This document shows positions 26,184 through 36,139 of a stretch of DNA of 53,091 nucleotides, piece by piece. The stretch spans positions 1 through 53,091 of the forward strand of contig CALRCK010000005.1 in the NCBI GenBank assembly GCA_943354605.1. The letters run 5' to 3'. Within the stretch, counting starts at the first letter, position 1; each line of letters opens with the position of its first letter. Made by a program: the position numbers and the translations under genes. This DNA is from Candidatus Uhrbacteria bacterium (GTDB lineage: Bacteria > Patescibacteriota > Patescibacteriia > UBA9934). Under the pieces are notes generated by a model, which searched no databases, was not told the DNA's origin, and worked only from the letters and a program-made list of their open reading frames with translations.

Positions 26184-26657
26184 ATGAGCGAATTAAGGGA
26201 AGACAATCTTGAGCAACTACGTTTTGAAGAACTTGAGCGTCGATACAAGGCTCTTTATGATTACGCAAAGGATCAGCAATTTGTTGTTGTATATCGAACG
26301 GAGGGCGATTCGTCCTGGACGGTGGATCGGAGTGGTGTGGCCGCTCGGTTGCAGGGAACGTGGTACACGGATCGTTTTGCAAAAATCGCTGGTTTAAAAA
26401 GGAACATTGAAGAAATGAGCGGAATGCCTGCAAAAGTGTATTCGCTTATTGTGCCAAAGTCTTTGCTCGATTCAAGAGATCCGATGATGAAGGGGATGGA
26501 TGAGGTAAATGTTTTAAGTCAGGATTTGCTTGGCGGTAGAAAGGAGATGCTTGTGCTGGAGGAAAATATGGAAGAACCGACGCTTGAGGAATATTTGAAT
26601 CAATCCGCGTTTGTCCGTGAGTACCTCGGCCTCAAGAAGAAAAAAGAAACTTTATGA
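26184..26657 (+). CDS. Hypothetical protein
   Basis: A 157-aa ORF from MSELREDN. No recognisable domain. It overlaps the trmD start by 4 nt. Confidence 0.5.
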   Translation: MSELREDNLEQLRFEELERRYKALYDYAKDQQFVVVYRTEGDSSWTVDRSGVAARLQGTWYTDRFAKIAGLKRNIEEMSGMPAKVYSLIVPKSLLDSRDPMMKGMDEVNVLSQDLLGGRKEMLVLEENMEEPTLEEYLNQSAFVREYLGLKKKKETL

Positions 26658-27361
26658 TCCATTTCGACATCATCACGATTTTTCCAGAAGTTGTGGCGCC
26701 GTATGCGGAGGCGTCGATTTTAGGTCGGGCACAAAAAGAGAAGTTTATCAAGATTACGGGGCATGATTTGCGGAGGTTTTCGAAGGACAAACACAAAAAG
26801 GTGGACGACACGCCGTATGGCGGGGGAGCGGGGATGGTGATGATGGTGCAGCCGATTGATGACGCGGTGGAAGCGATTCGATTGCGGAAGAAGTTTTTGC
26901 GGAAGCACGTTCCAACGGTGCGCGTGATTGTGACGTCGGCAAGCGGAAAGCGATTCACTCAGGCGGATGCCAAACGATTGGCAGCATACGATCAGGTGAT
27001 TTTTATTTGCGGGCGATACGAAGGCATCGATCATCGCGTTGAAGCGGTTGTTGCGGACGAGGCGTTGTCGATTGGTGATTTCGTCTTAACTGGCGGGGAA
27101 TTGCCGGCGTTGGTGATGACGGATGCAATTGCGCGACAAGTGCCTGGGGTGTTGGGCAACACGGAAACATTGAGCGAGGAATCGCATGATCGCGAGGGAT
27201 TTTTGGAATATCCGCAGTACACGAAGCCGGAGGTGTATCGGCGTTCTGTGGGGAAAAAGGTTGTCGTCGATCTTGCGGTGCCGTCGGTGCTTTTATCGGG
27301 AAATCATAAGGCAATTGCTGCCTGGCGAGCGGAAGAATCGAAGAAGCGCGGAAAAAGCTAA
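26654..27361 (+). CDS. trmD: tRNA (guanine37-N1)-methyltransferase
   Basis: MIHFDIITIFPE, DDTPYGGGAGMVM and GRYEGIDHRV motifs. Confidence 0.92.
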   Translation: MIHFDIITIFPEVVAPYAEASILGRAQKEKFIKITGHDLRRFSKDKHKKVDDTPYGGGAGMVMMVQPIDDAVEAIRLRKKFLRKHVPTVRVIVTSASGKRFTQADAKRLAAYDQVIFICGRYEGIDHRVEAVVADEALSIGDFVLTGGELPALVMTDAIARQVPGVLGNTETLSEESHDREGFLEYPQYTKPEVYRRSVGKKVVVDLAVPSVLLSGNHKAIAAWRAEESKKRGKS

Positions 27362-27392
27362 TTTCATCCACATTTGGTGCACCTTTCCGTCC

Positions 27393-27421
27393 TTGACAGC
27401 TTTTTGGGGTTCCATTACTCT
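27393..27421 (+). promoter_or_regulatory. Candidate 16S promoter
   Basis: TTGACA, 17 nt, then TACTCT. The -10 is weak. Confidence 0.25.
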
Positions 27422-27592
27422 ACTGCCACATTCGTACTGGCTTTTATGCCTTTACGGACGTCGTATCTTCACAACTGAAGAGCAAACAACCAAGCATCAT
27501 GGAATCAACAATTCTGTGATTACAACGTCCACAATTGATTCTTGTCGCAAGACAAGTCACTAAACAGAACCACATTCGTAAGAGTGCGGATT

Positions 27593-29090
<1,498 letters not shown>

Positions 29091-29184
29091 CAATGGAAAC
29101 ATTGATTGGTCGATGCAGTTCGCAAGAGCTGTAGGACGTTGTAATCACAAAGTTGTGTATTCTGGTGCCGGTTGTTCGAAGATC

Positions 29185-29209
29185 AAAAACGCGGATCAGG
29201 CGTTTTTTT
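29185..29209 (+). terminator. Intrinsic terminator ~95 nt after the 16S 3' end
   Basis: aaaaacgc-ggatcag-gcgttttttt, with a T7 run. Confidence 0.6.
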
Positions 29210-29251
29210 GGTATACTTTGAAAAGAGTATAAAAACGATAACACGGGGGAT

Positions 29252-30278
29252 ATGCGGAGGAGCGCGAAAAAATTGAAGGTGGCGATTTCTTTAATTCCTC
29301 CGTTTGTCATGAAAACTGGCGAGAAATATGCGGGTTTCGAAATTGATCTTTGGGAAATGATTGCCAAAGAAATGGGGGGGGGTGAAATTTGAGTACTCAC
29401 TGCATAATTTTCAGGATTTATTTCCTTTATTGCAAAAGAGGAAGGCAGATGTTGCTTTTGCTTCTGCATCGGTGAACGAGGAACGGGAGAAGATTGTCGA
29501 TTTTTCGCACCCAACGGTTCATTCTGGACTTCACATCCTTCTTTCAAAAAATCGGAGAGATATTCATCTCATGAATACAATAAAGGCTTTTTTTAGTGAG
29601 GGGTATCGTCAATTATTGAAGCCCATTTTTGCTTTATTATGCATTATTTTCATTTTTGCAAACATGCTTTGGTTCTTTGAGCGATCCGGTGGAGATTTTA
29701 TTCCGACATATATCCCTGGAATTTTTCAATCCTTTTGGCTTTCCTTGTGCGTCATTATTGGCACTGATGGTGGATTTTTTCTCTATAATGTTTTTACTTG
29801 GCCTGGAAGAATATTAATAACGATTGGACAAGTAATGAACCTTGCTGTTCTCGGTCTTTTTGTTGGAGAATTGACCGCCTTCATCACAACAAGAAAAATT
29901 CGGTCAAACATTGAATCTCCAGAAGATTTACAGGACCATACAGTGGCGACGGTAAGAGGGACAACGAGTGAAAGTTGTGCGAAGCAATATGGAGCAAAAG
30001 TTATATCAGTGACGACTATTGACGAAGCGTACAAAAAACTTCGGAAGAATTCCGTTGATGCTGTAGTGTTCGATGCACCGGTACTCCGATATTTCTCCCG
30101 CAATAGTGGAGGAGATTGGTCCGAGGTTGTTGGCGAGGTTTTTCAAAAACAAGACTGTGCGTTCATGTTAAGAAACGATAGTGTTTTACGAAAAGATGTG
30201 AATCTTGCCTTATTGGTGCTTCACGAAAATGGATCGTATGACGCGTTGCAGAAAAAGTGGTTTGGAGAGCGGGAGTAA
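29252..30278 (+). CDS. GluR0-like ligand-gated ion channel (SBP_bac_3 lobes split by M1-P-M2), interrupted by a +1 frameshift at a G9 tract
   Basis: Frame A (ATG 29252) reads MRRSAKKLKVAISLIPPFVMKTGEKYAGFEIDLWEMIAKEMGGGEI*. Frame B continues GGVKFEYSLHNFQDLFPLLQKRKADVAFAS. Membrane core FANMLWFFE...SFWLSLCVIIGTDGG...LAVLGLFVGELTAFITT. The S2 lobe ends KKWFG. Confidence 0.65.
29374..29382 (+). repeat. G9 homopolymer at the frameshift site
   Basis: Counted directly as 9 consecutive G. A G8 tract would fuse the two frames (…EMGGVKFEY…). Confidence 0.85.
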
Positions 30279-30343
30279 GAGTTTATGATAGATATCAGTC
30301 ATAATCCCTTTTTCTCTAGAGAACCGTGAGGCGTTTTTTTGTT

Positions 30344-30637
30344 TTACCGATTCGGATTTTGTGCGGCGAAGCGTTCCTGGCATTCCTTCGCTTTTTCAAC
30401 GCAGGCAACTGGACTGAACCCCAGATCGTCACACCAGCGGATGGTTGAGAAGATGATGTTGCCGAGTTCACGTTTCAAGTCTTCTTCAGTAAACGAGGCG
30501 CGATCTTTGTCTGAGTTTCTGGCGATACGTGCAAGATCACCAATGCTAACGTTTAATCGAATAAGAATTTCAGACAGCGTCAGTTTTTGATCGCCCCAAA
30601 TTGTTCGAGCATCACGAAGAAGCGTTTGAACGTCCAT
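30344..30637 (-). CDS. Small MazG-like nucleotide pyrophosphohydrolase (97 aa)
   Basis: MDVQTLLRDARTIWGDQKLTLSEILIRLNVSIGDLARI...EEDLKRELGNIIFSTIRWCDDLG shows the all-alpha NTP-PPase pattern (E-x-x-E...D). The upstream part of the ORF-track entry is discarded. Confidence 0.6.
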   Translation of the reverse strand: MDVQTLLRDARTIWGDQKLTLSEILIRLNVSIGDLARIARNSDKDRASFTEEDLKRELGNIIFSTIRWCDDLGFSPVACVEKAKECQERFAAQNPNR

Positions 30638-30729
30638 AAGAAAGATGAGAATGAAAAAAATATACCACAAACGCTGCTGGGGCGTTTTTGTGTCCTGCTG
30701 TGATAAAATCAAGGCATAATTTTTCGTAT

Positions 30730-31377
30730 ATGCTTCAGCGATTTTTGAAGGCGGTTGGTCTCCTGTTTCTGTACATGGGACTTTTAGCAATTGGACTCCT
30801 TGTGTGGCTTCATTATGATCCTGAGCCTTCGGAGAGCTCATTTCTTGTTGTTTTTGTCGCGATGCTTGCAACGTTTCCTTTTGCGATGGACTGGATGGGA
30901 AAGTTGGCGTTTTACTGGAAATCTCCCATGACGACTCAAAAAAGCCTTGAGGAGGTGAAAACAATGATTTTGCGTATCGATCATCCGGATATTCCGGTAC
31001 AGGTGACGGAGAAGAACGGCGTTTTGCGCATCACGTGGAAGTATTTGGATGCACGGTGGTACGAAATTATGTCGAAACAGGGAATAACAGAGTCGTATAC
31101 GCTTCGTGTCGCCTTGAATGAAAAGAAGCATCTCGCAACGCTGACGGACATTAAGAAATCAATTTCTTGGGGAAAGGGTTTGGATTTTCTTCGATTTGGT
31201 TTTTTTGGATTCCGAGGAGTGAGCCTTGATGTAGAGATCGGGAAGGCTTGGGGAATTACCGAGTGTTTCCGGCCTGGTGTCATTTACAACTACCGATTTA
31301 CATCCAGTGAAATTCGTAATCCGGTCCTGAATGCACTTCTTGAGGCTGGCTGGGATGTACGGTATGGAATATTCTAG
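30730..31377 (+). CDS. Membrane-anchored hypothetical protein
   Basis: Two N-terminal TM helices (AVGLLFLYMGLLAIGLLVWL, FLVVFVAMLATFPFAM) followed by a soluble domain. Confidence 0.5.
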   Translation: MLQRFLKAVGLLFLYMGLLAIGLLVWLHYDPEPSESSFLVVFVAMLATFPFAMDWMGKLAFYWKSPMTTQKSLEEVKTMILRIDHPDIPVQVTEKNGVLRITWKYLDARWYEIMSKQGITESYTLRVALNEKKHLATLTDIKKSISWGKGLDFLRFGFFGFRGVSLDVEIGKAWGITECFRPGVIYNYRFTSSEIRNPVLNALLEAGWDVRYGIF

Positions 31378-31453
31378 AATCCGTGTAATCATGCATTTCT
31401 TGACGGTTCGAGCCCGCCCGTCATACAATACCCCCGCTTTTCCACTACATTTT

Positions 31454-31530
<77 letters not shown>

Positions 31531-31531
31531 C

Positions 31532-31658
31532 AGAAAACTGTTTAAAATGGTCCAGGGCGTTGTCGCGCCTTGCGCTCTGTTCTCACCGTATGTGTCTGTA
31601 TACGGCTTCGAACGGTGCTCGGCGTCTCCTGGCCCTGAACGATTTTAAACAGTTTTCT
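31532..31658 (+). ncRNA. Rod-like 127-nt hairpin element H1 (function unknown)
   Basis: A 17-bp perfect basal stem agaaaactgtttaaaat / attttaaacagttttct, plus inner cagggc/gccctg and ccgtat/atacgg helices. Confidence 0.45.
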
Positions 31659-31674
31659 TCACTCGGGTTCGATC

Positions 31675-31800
31675 GGAAAACGTACTAAGTTTGGCGAGAT
31701 ACAAGCCAATGTGAGGACCGAAGCGAGGTGTACTTCTTGGTACATTGAGCGAGGACCGGAACATTGGCGCCGTAGATCGTCAAACTTGGGTACGTTTTCC
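31675..31800 (+). ncRNA. Rod-like 126-nt hairpin element H2 (function unknown)
   Basis: ggaaaacgta/tacgttttcc, aagtttg/caaactt, gccaatgt/acattggc and gtac/gtac helices. It ends 2 nt before tRNA-Phe. Confidence 0.45.
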
Positions 31801-31802
31801 AC

Positions 31803-31877
31803 GCCTGGGTAGCTCAGTGGTAGAGCAAGGGTCTGAAGAACCCTGTGTCGTCAGTTCGATTCTGACCCCAGGCACCA
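31803..31877 (+). tRNA. tRNA-Phe(GAA), CCA encoded
   Basis: GCCTGGG acceptor, AGGGT-CTGAAGA-ACCCT anticodon arm. Confidence 0.9.
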
Positions 31878-31884
31878 CAAGAAT

Positions 31885-31911
31885 TCCGTCGAAAGACGGA
31901 GTTTTTGTTTT
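31885..31911 (+). terminator. Terminator after tRNA-Phe
   Basis: tccgtc-gaaa-gacgga followed by tttttgttttt. Confidence 0.6.
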
Positions 31912-31969
31912 TCTTTCCGCTTTACATCTCAGCCATTTTTCAGTATCCTTCCACCGTTCGCTTGTGTAT

Positions 31970-32045
31970 CGGGCTATAGCGCAGTTGGTAGCGCGCCTGG
32001 TTTGGGACCAGGAGGTCGAGGGTTCGAGCCCCTCTGGCCCGACCA
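31970..32045 (+). tRNA. tRNA-Pro(UGG), CCA encoded
   Basis: CGGGCTA acceptor, CCTGG-TTTGGGA-CCAGG anticodon arm. Confidence 0.9.
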
Positions 32046-32049
32046 AGAG

Positions 32050-32073
32050 AGAATCCGAAAGGGTTCTTTTTTG
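32050..32073 (+). terminator. Terminator after tRNA-Pro
   Basis: agaatcc-gaaa-gggttct followed by a T run. Confidence 0.6.
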
Positions 32074-32101
32074 TTTGTTGGGGATGATAAAATTCCTCTG
32101 T

Positions 32102-32686
32102 ATGGCTGACCGTATCCGTTGTGCCTGGGTTCCTGATGGCGACGAACTCTACATGAAGTATCACGACGAAGAATGGGGTGTTCCCGTGTATGACGATCGG
32201 GTGATGTTTGAGTTTCTTGTCCTTGAAAGCGCACAAGCGGGGCTGAGCTGGAGGACGGTGTTGAATAAGAGAGAGAATTATCGTCGCCTATTTGCTGGAT
32301 TCAATCCAGGGCGCATCTCCGAATTCGACGATGCGACGATCGAATCGCTTCTTCTCGATACCGGCATTATCCGGAATCGGGCTAAAGTGAAGGCTGCGGT
32401 GAATAACGCAAAAGCGTTTTTGAAGATTCAGAGCGAGTTCGGGTCGTTTGTGAAATATCTTTGGGGATTTGTGAATGGAAAAGTCGTCGATGGGAAACGG
32501 AAGGCAATTCAGGATTTACCGTCACGGTCGGACGTGTCGGATACGCTCGCGAAAGATTTAAAACAGCGCGGATTTTCGTTTTTAGGAACAACGGTGTGCT
32601 ACGCTCATCTTCAGGCGACGGGCTTAGTGAATGATCATGTGGAAGAGTGTTTCCGATATCGAGAAGTTATGAATCTTCAGCATTAA
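32102..32686 (+). CDS. tag: DNA-3-methyladenine glycosylase I
   Basis: RCAWV...YHDEEWGVPVYDD..FEFLVLESAQAGLSWRTVLNKRENYR...GTTVCYAHLQATGLVNDH closely parallels E. coli Tag. Confidence 0.9.
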   Translation: MADRIRCAWVPDGDELYMKYHDEEWGVPVYDDRVMFEFLVLESAQAGLSWRTVLNKRENYRRLFAGFNPGRISEFDDATIESLLLDTGIIRNRAKVKAAVNNAKAFLKIQSEFGSFVKYLWGFVNGKVVDGKRKAIQDLPSRSDVSDTLAKDLKQRGFSFLGTTVCYAHLQATGLVNDHVEECFRYREVMNLQH

Positions 32687-32694
32687 AACGAAAG

Positions 32695-32739
32695 CGCCCC
32701 GCGACGTGAAGCCGTAGAGTGCTTCGTGTCTGCGGGGCG
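32695..32739. terminator. Bidirectional GC-rich hairpin between tag and a minus-strand small gene
   Basis: cgccccgc/gcggggcg outer stem and cgtgaagc/gcttcgtg inner stem. Confidence 0.5.
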
Positions 32740-32763
32740 TGCGTGTTGTGTGGCATTTGCCGT

Positions 32764-33009
32764 TCATCGCGGAATGTGGTCGAAGAGCGAACCACGGCTC
32801 AGTCCCTGTTCCGTCAGGAACACGATGCGATCGCCGCCGTTGCCACTTTCCTGGCCGACGAAAGCCTTGAACGTCTTACCGTTCAGGGTCTGCGAGAGGC
32901 CGTTGACGTCGCGCCCGACGGCGGCGGCGAGTTTCCTGAGCGTCGTTCGTCCGCCGAGCGCGCGAAGGGCGTTGATGACAGTGTTTCTGTCCTGTTTCGA
33001 AATTGCCAT
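32764..33009 (-). CDS. Small (81 aa) possible winged-helix DNA-binding protein, GC-rich islet
   Basis: MAISKQDRNTVINALRALGGRTTLRKLAAAVGRDVNGLSQTL... GGAGG lies 13 nt upstream. Confidence 0.4.
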   Translation of the reverse strand: MAISKQDRNTVINALRALGGRTTLRKLAAAVGRDVNGLSQTLNGKTFKAFVGQESGNGGDRIVFLTEQGLSRGSLFDHIPR

Positions 33010-33149
33010 AGCTGTCCTGGCCTCCAGAATCAGTGTAGTAATGGCGATGCGTTCTGTCGAGGCAAGGGGATTTGATACGATTCGATTGCGACGAATCAAC
33101 CCTTAGCGTTGAGCAACCCTAAGGGTTGAAGGAAATGAAATATTGAAAT

Positions 33150-33797
33150 ATGCGTTCACTTTCTTTAAATTATGAGCTCAACCTTTGGAATGATGCTTCT
33201 ATTTTTTCGATTGGCGTGGACGAAGTTGGACGCGGATGCCTCGCTGGCCCCGTGGTTGCTGGTGCGGTGATGTTTGATTGGTCGAAGAGTGATGAGATCC
33301 ATAAACTCGCGGATGCATTTGTGATTCGCGACAGTAAAACATTGTCTCGCGAGCGTCGCAGATCAACTGCTGAGGCAATTCGGAGTGTCGCGCTTGCCGT
33401 TGGTGTTGCCGAGATCGGCCCCATCGAAATCGACGAGATCAATATTCTTCAAGCGACGCTGAAAGCGATGAAGAATGCGATAGAGGGGGCTTCTCCCCCT
33501 CCTTGCGAAGGAGGGGGCTGGGGGGAGGTGAGGGTCCTCGTCGACGGCAATCAACGCATTCCGCTTCTTTCGATTCCGCAGGAGACGATCATCGACGGCG
33601 ATGCGAAAGTTTTTTCAATTGCCGCGGCGTCGATCGTTGCAAAAGAGCATCGCGATGCGCTGATGGAAAAGTTCGATCGTGATTTTCCGGGGTACGATTT
33701 TTCGTCGCACAAAGGCTACGGAACAAAGGCACATCAGGCCGCGATTCGTTCCATCGGATTGTCGCCAATTCATCGGAAAACATTCTGGCACGGGTGA
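33150..33797 (+). CDS. rnhB: Ribonuclease HII
   Basis: IGVDEVGRGCLAGPVVAGAV, DSKTLS and SIVAKEHRD motifs. Confidence 0.9.
   Translation: MRSLSLNYELNLWNDASIFSIGVDEVGRGCLAGPVVAGAVMFDWSKSDEIHKLADAFVIRDSKTLSRERRRSTAEAIRSVALAVGVAEIGPIEIDEINILQATLKAMKNAIEGASPPPCEGGGWGEVRVLVDGNQRIPLLSIPQETIIDGDAKVFSIAAASIVAKEHRDALMEKFDRDFPGYDFSSHKGYGTKAHQAAIRSIGLSPIHRKTFWHG
33490..33528 (+). repeat. Family-A G/C-hairpin mini-element (variant), in frame inside rnhB
   Basis: cttctccccctcc-ttgcg-aaggaggggg-ctggggggagg encodes ASPPPCEGGGWGE before the conserved VLVDG. Confidence 0.65.
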
Positions 33798-33816
33798 TGT
33801 ATACTTTGAGCAATCT

Positions 33817-33936
33817 ATGGCAACGCGACGCGCAGCAAAAACAAAACTTCCACGGGTAACCATTCTCGAAATTGGCGTTGTGCTTTCCATCCTGGCGTTG
33901 ATGACGGGGTTGATCGCGATTCTCTTGGCGAGTTAG
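33817..33936 (+). CDS. 39-aa peptide resembling only the N-terminal helix of a type IV pilin / pseudopilin
   Basis: MATRRAAKTKLPRVTILEIGVVLSILALMTGLIAILLAS. The TILE-hydrophobic helix is reminiscent of the G-FTLIE class III signal. Confidence 0.25.
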   Translation: MATRRAAKTKLPRVTILEIGVVLSILALMTGLIAILLAS

Positions 33937-33980
33937 TTCCGCGTTGCTGAATTTGGCGTTTTTCCGTACAGTGGCGGTCT

Positions 33981-35363
33981 ATGGACGCCCTGCGCGACGT
34001 ACTTGAAACGGCGAGCTCGCATGTTCCAAAATACACTGCTCCGCTTGGCCTTTCGTGTGAGGTCATTTTGCGCATTGCGTCGTCGAAAAACGAACCAGAA
34101 TGGGTAACGGAGAAGCGGCTGAAGGCGCTCGACTTTCTCGCCGAAAAGCCGATGCCAAATTTCGGCCCAGCGCTCGATGGTCTCGATTTAGAATCGATTT
34201 CATATTTCGTACAGCCGGATTCGAAGGAACATCGCACATGGGACGACGTGCCAGAAGAGATTCGATCAACATTCGAAAAGCTCGGCATTCCGGAGTCTGA
34301 GCGGAATGGTTTGGCTGGTGTTGGTGCACAATACGATTCAGAGATTGTCTACCATAGTTTGCAAAAAGATCTCGCGGATCAGGGCGTCGTGTTCTTGAAT
34401 ATGGACGTGGCGGTTCGTGAACATCCGGATCTTGTTCGCGAGCATTTCATGATGAGCTGCGTGCCGGTTCACGATCATTATTTCGCGGCACTGCATGCGG
34501 CGGTGTGGAGCGGTGGGACATTCATTTACGTGCCGAAGGGTGTGAAGGTGACCATTCCGCTGCAGGCGTACTTTCGAATGAACGCGGAACGTGGGGGGCA
34601 GTTTGAGCATACGTTGATTATTGCGGATGAGGGGAGTGAAATTCATTATATCGAAGGCTGTTCGGCGCCGAAGTACGATTCTGCAGCATTGCACGCGGGA
34701 TGTGTGGAGATCCATGTGAAAAAGGGCGCTGCGGTTCGCTACACGTCCATTGAGAACTGGAGCAAGAATACGTTTAACCTCAATACCAAGCGCGCATTGG
34801 TCGATGAGGACGGAACGATCGTGTGGGTGAACGGAAACATGGGGAGTGGTGTGACGATGTTGTACCCGATGTCGGTCCTTCGCGGCGCGCGAGCGAAGAG
34901 CGACTTTCTTGGCGTTGCATTTGCGGGGCCAGGGCAGAATCAAGACACCGGGCACAAGGTTGCACTCGTTGCACCGAACACTACAGCGAATGTCCGATCG
35001 AAAAGTATTGCGGTTGGCGGGGGAGTGTCCACGTATCGCGGATTGGTAAAGGCGACGAAGGGCGCAGTTGGCGCATCTGCGACGATTACGTGCGACACGA
35101 TGATACTCGACGGGGAATCGCGAGCGATGACGATTCCGATTGTCGACGATTCTGCGCCGGATTTTTCGGTGACGCACGAAGCAACGGTGGGAAAGCTTGG
35201 TGACGATCAGCTCGCATATCTCGCGACGCGCGGATTGAATCCAGAAGCATCACGCCGCGCGATTGTGAACGGATTTTTCGATCCGATCGTGCAACAGTTG
35301 CCGCTGGAATACGCCGTGGAGTTCTTGGAACTCGTCGGATTAGAAATGGAGGGAAGTTTATGA
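33981..35363 (+). CDS. sufB: Fe-S cluster assembly protein SufB
   Basis: 460 aa with the typical SufB C-terminal beta-helix region (HTLIIADEGSEIHYIEGCSAP, ATVGKLGDDQLAYLATRG). Confidence 0.9.
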   Translation: MDALRDVLETASSHVPKYTAPLGLSCEVILRIASSKNEPEWVTEKRLKALDFLAEKPMPNFGPALDGLDLESISYFVQPDSKEHRTWDDVPEEIRSTFEKLGIPESERNGLAGVGAQYDSEIVYHSLQKDLADQGVVFLNMDVAVREHPDLVREHFMMSCVPVHDHYFAALHAAVWSGGTFIYVPKGVKVTIPLQAYFRMNAERGGQFEHTLIIADEGSEIHYIEGCSAPKYDSAALHAGCVEIHVKKGAAVRYTSIENWSKNTFNLNTKRALVDEDGTIVWVNGNMGSGVTMLYPMSVLRGARAKSDFLGVAFAGPGQNQDTGHKVALVAPNTTANVRSKSIAVGGGVSTYRGLVKATKGAVGASATITCDTMILDGESRAMTIPIVDDSAPDFSVTHEATVGKLGDDQLAYLATRGLNPEASRRAIVNGFFDPIVQQLPLEYAVEFLELVGLEMEGSL

Positions 35364-35441
35364 CGAAGCTAAGCTTAGCCGTCAGGAATCTCAAAAAATA
35401 AGTGGAATATCGATTTTCAAAATTTGCTAAGCTAAGCTTCG
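35364..35441. repeat. 16-bp inverted repeat pair in the sufB-sufD spacer
   Basis: cgaagctaagcttagc (35364-35379) and gctaagctaagcttcg (35426-35441). Pairing is 15/16 complementary. Each arm contains AAGCTT. Confidence 0.6.
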
Positions 35442-35451
35442 CCGAAAAAGT

Positions 35452-36132
35452 ATGACTCTCAAACACGAAAAACCACTCTCAGAATCGCCGATTGTATCGT
35501 CTTCGATCGGGGACTTCGTTTTGGATATCGATGTGTTGTCTGGCATGAGTGTTTCGCATCGAATCGATGTTGGATTGCATTCTTCGATCTCGATTGCTGC
35601 GCGAGTTCATGCTGGCGCATCGCTTTCAATAGTTATTGTCGGCGATGTTGAATCAGACTGCATCATCGATCGTGCGATTTCGGTGATCGGCGATTCCGCA
35701 TCGATTGAACTTTCATCATCGATTCGCACAAGAGGGAATGTGCGATGTGATATTTCCGATGACATTGATGTTGTCGCGAATGATTCGCGATGCATTATCG
35801 ACAATCGAGTGGTGGCGCACGATGCATCTCGCGCCGTGATTCGTGAGCGAGTTGTCGTTCACCAAGCGGTGAACAGTGGAAGTATCGCAACAACAATTCG
35901 CGGAATGCTCATTGGAGAATCGGCGAGTGTCCGAGCAATTCCAGAACTCGATATTGCGACGAACATGGTAAGTGCGAAACATGCGGTGAGTATTGCTCGA
36001 CCAAGTGCCCAGGCATTGGCATACTGCGCCTCACGAGGAATTGATCGTGATGCGGCGATGACCATGATTGCGGACGGGCTCTTGTGCCCGGCGGGGTCGG
36101 CTGAGACAACGTCCGACGTTGACCGTCAATAA
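35452..36132 (+). CDS. sufD: Short SufD-like Fe-S assembly protein
   Basis: Position after sufB, and a C-terminal motif KHAVSIARPSAQALAYCASRGIDRDAAMTMIADG typical of the SufB/D family. Only 226 aa. Confidence 0.65.
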   Translation: MTLKHEKPLSESPIVSSSIGDFVLDIDVLSGMSVSHRIDVGLHSSISIAARVHAGASLSIVIVGDVESDCIIDRAISVIGDSASIELSSSIRTRGNVRCDISDDIDVVANDSRCIIDNRVVAHDASRAVIRERVVVHQAVNSGSIATTIRGMLIGESASVRAIPELDIATNMVSAKHAVSIARPSAQALAYCASRGIDRDAAMTMIADGLLCPAGSAETTSDVDRQ

Positions 36133-36139
36133 TTCGATT

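Noticed and set aside
31532-31800. The long hairpins as SRP (4.5S) RNA, 6S RNA or a tRNA-linked intron
   Set aside because: I could not find the conserved SRP domain IV features (GGAA tetraloop with flanking AGG/AGCA symmetric loop) or the 6S central bubble. The size and rod shape alone are not diagnostic. They are left as unknown structured elements.
31745-32101. N-terminal 119 codons of ORF 31745-32686, and minus-strand ORFs 31780-32046, 31940-32236 and 31974-32234
   Set aside because: They read through tRNA-Phe, tRNA-Pro and their terminators. The Tag homology starts at about 32102.
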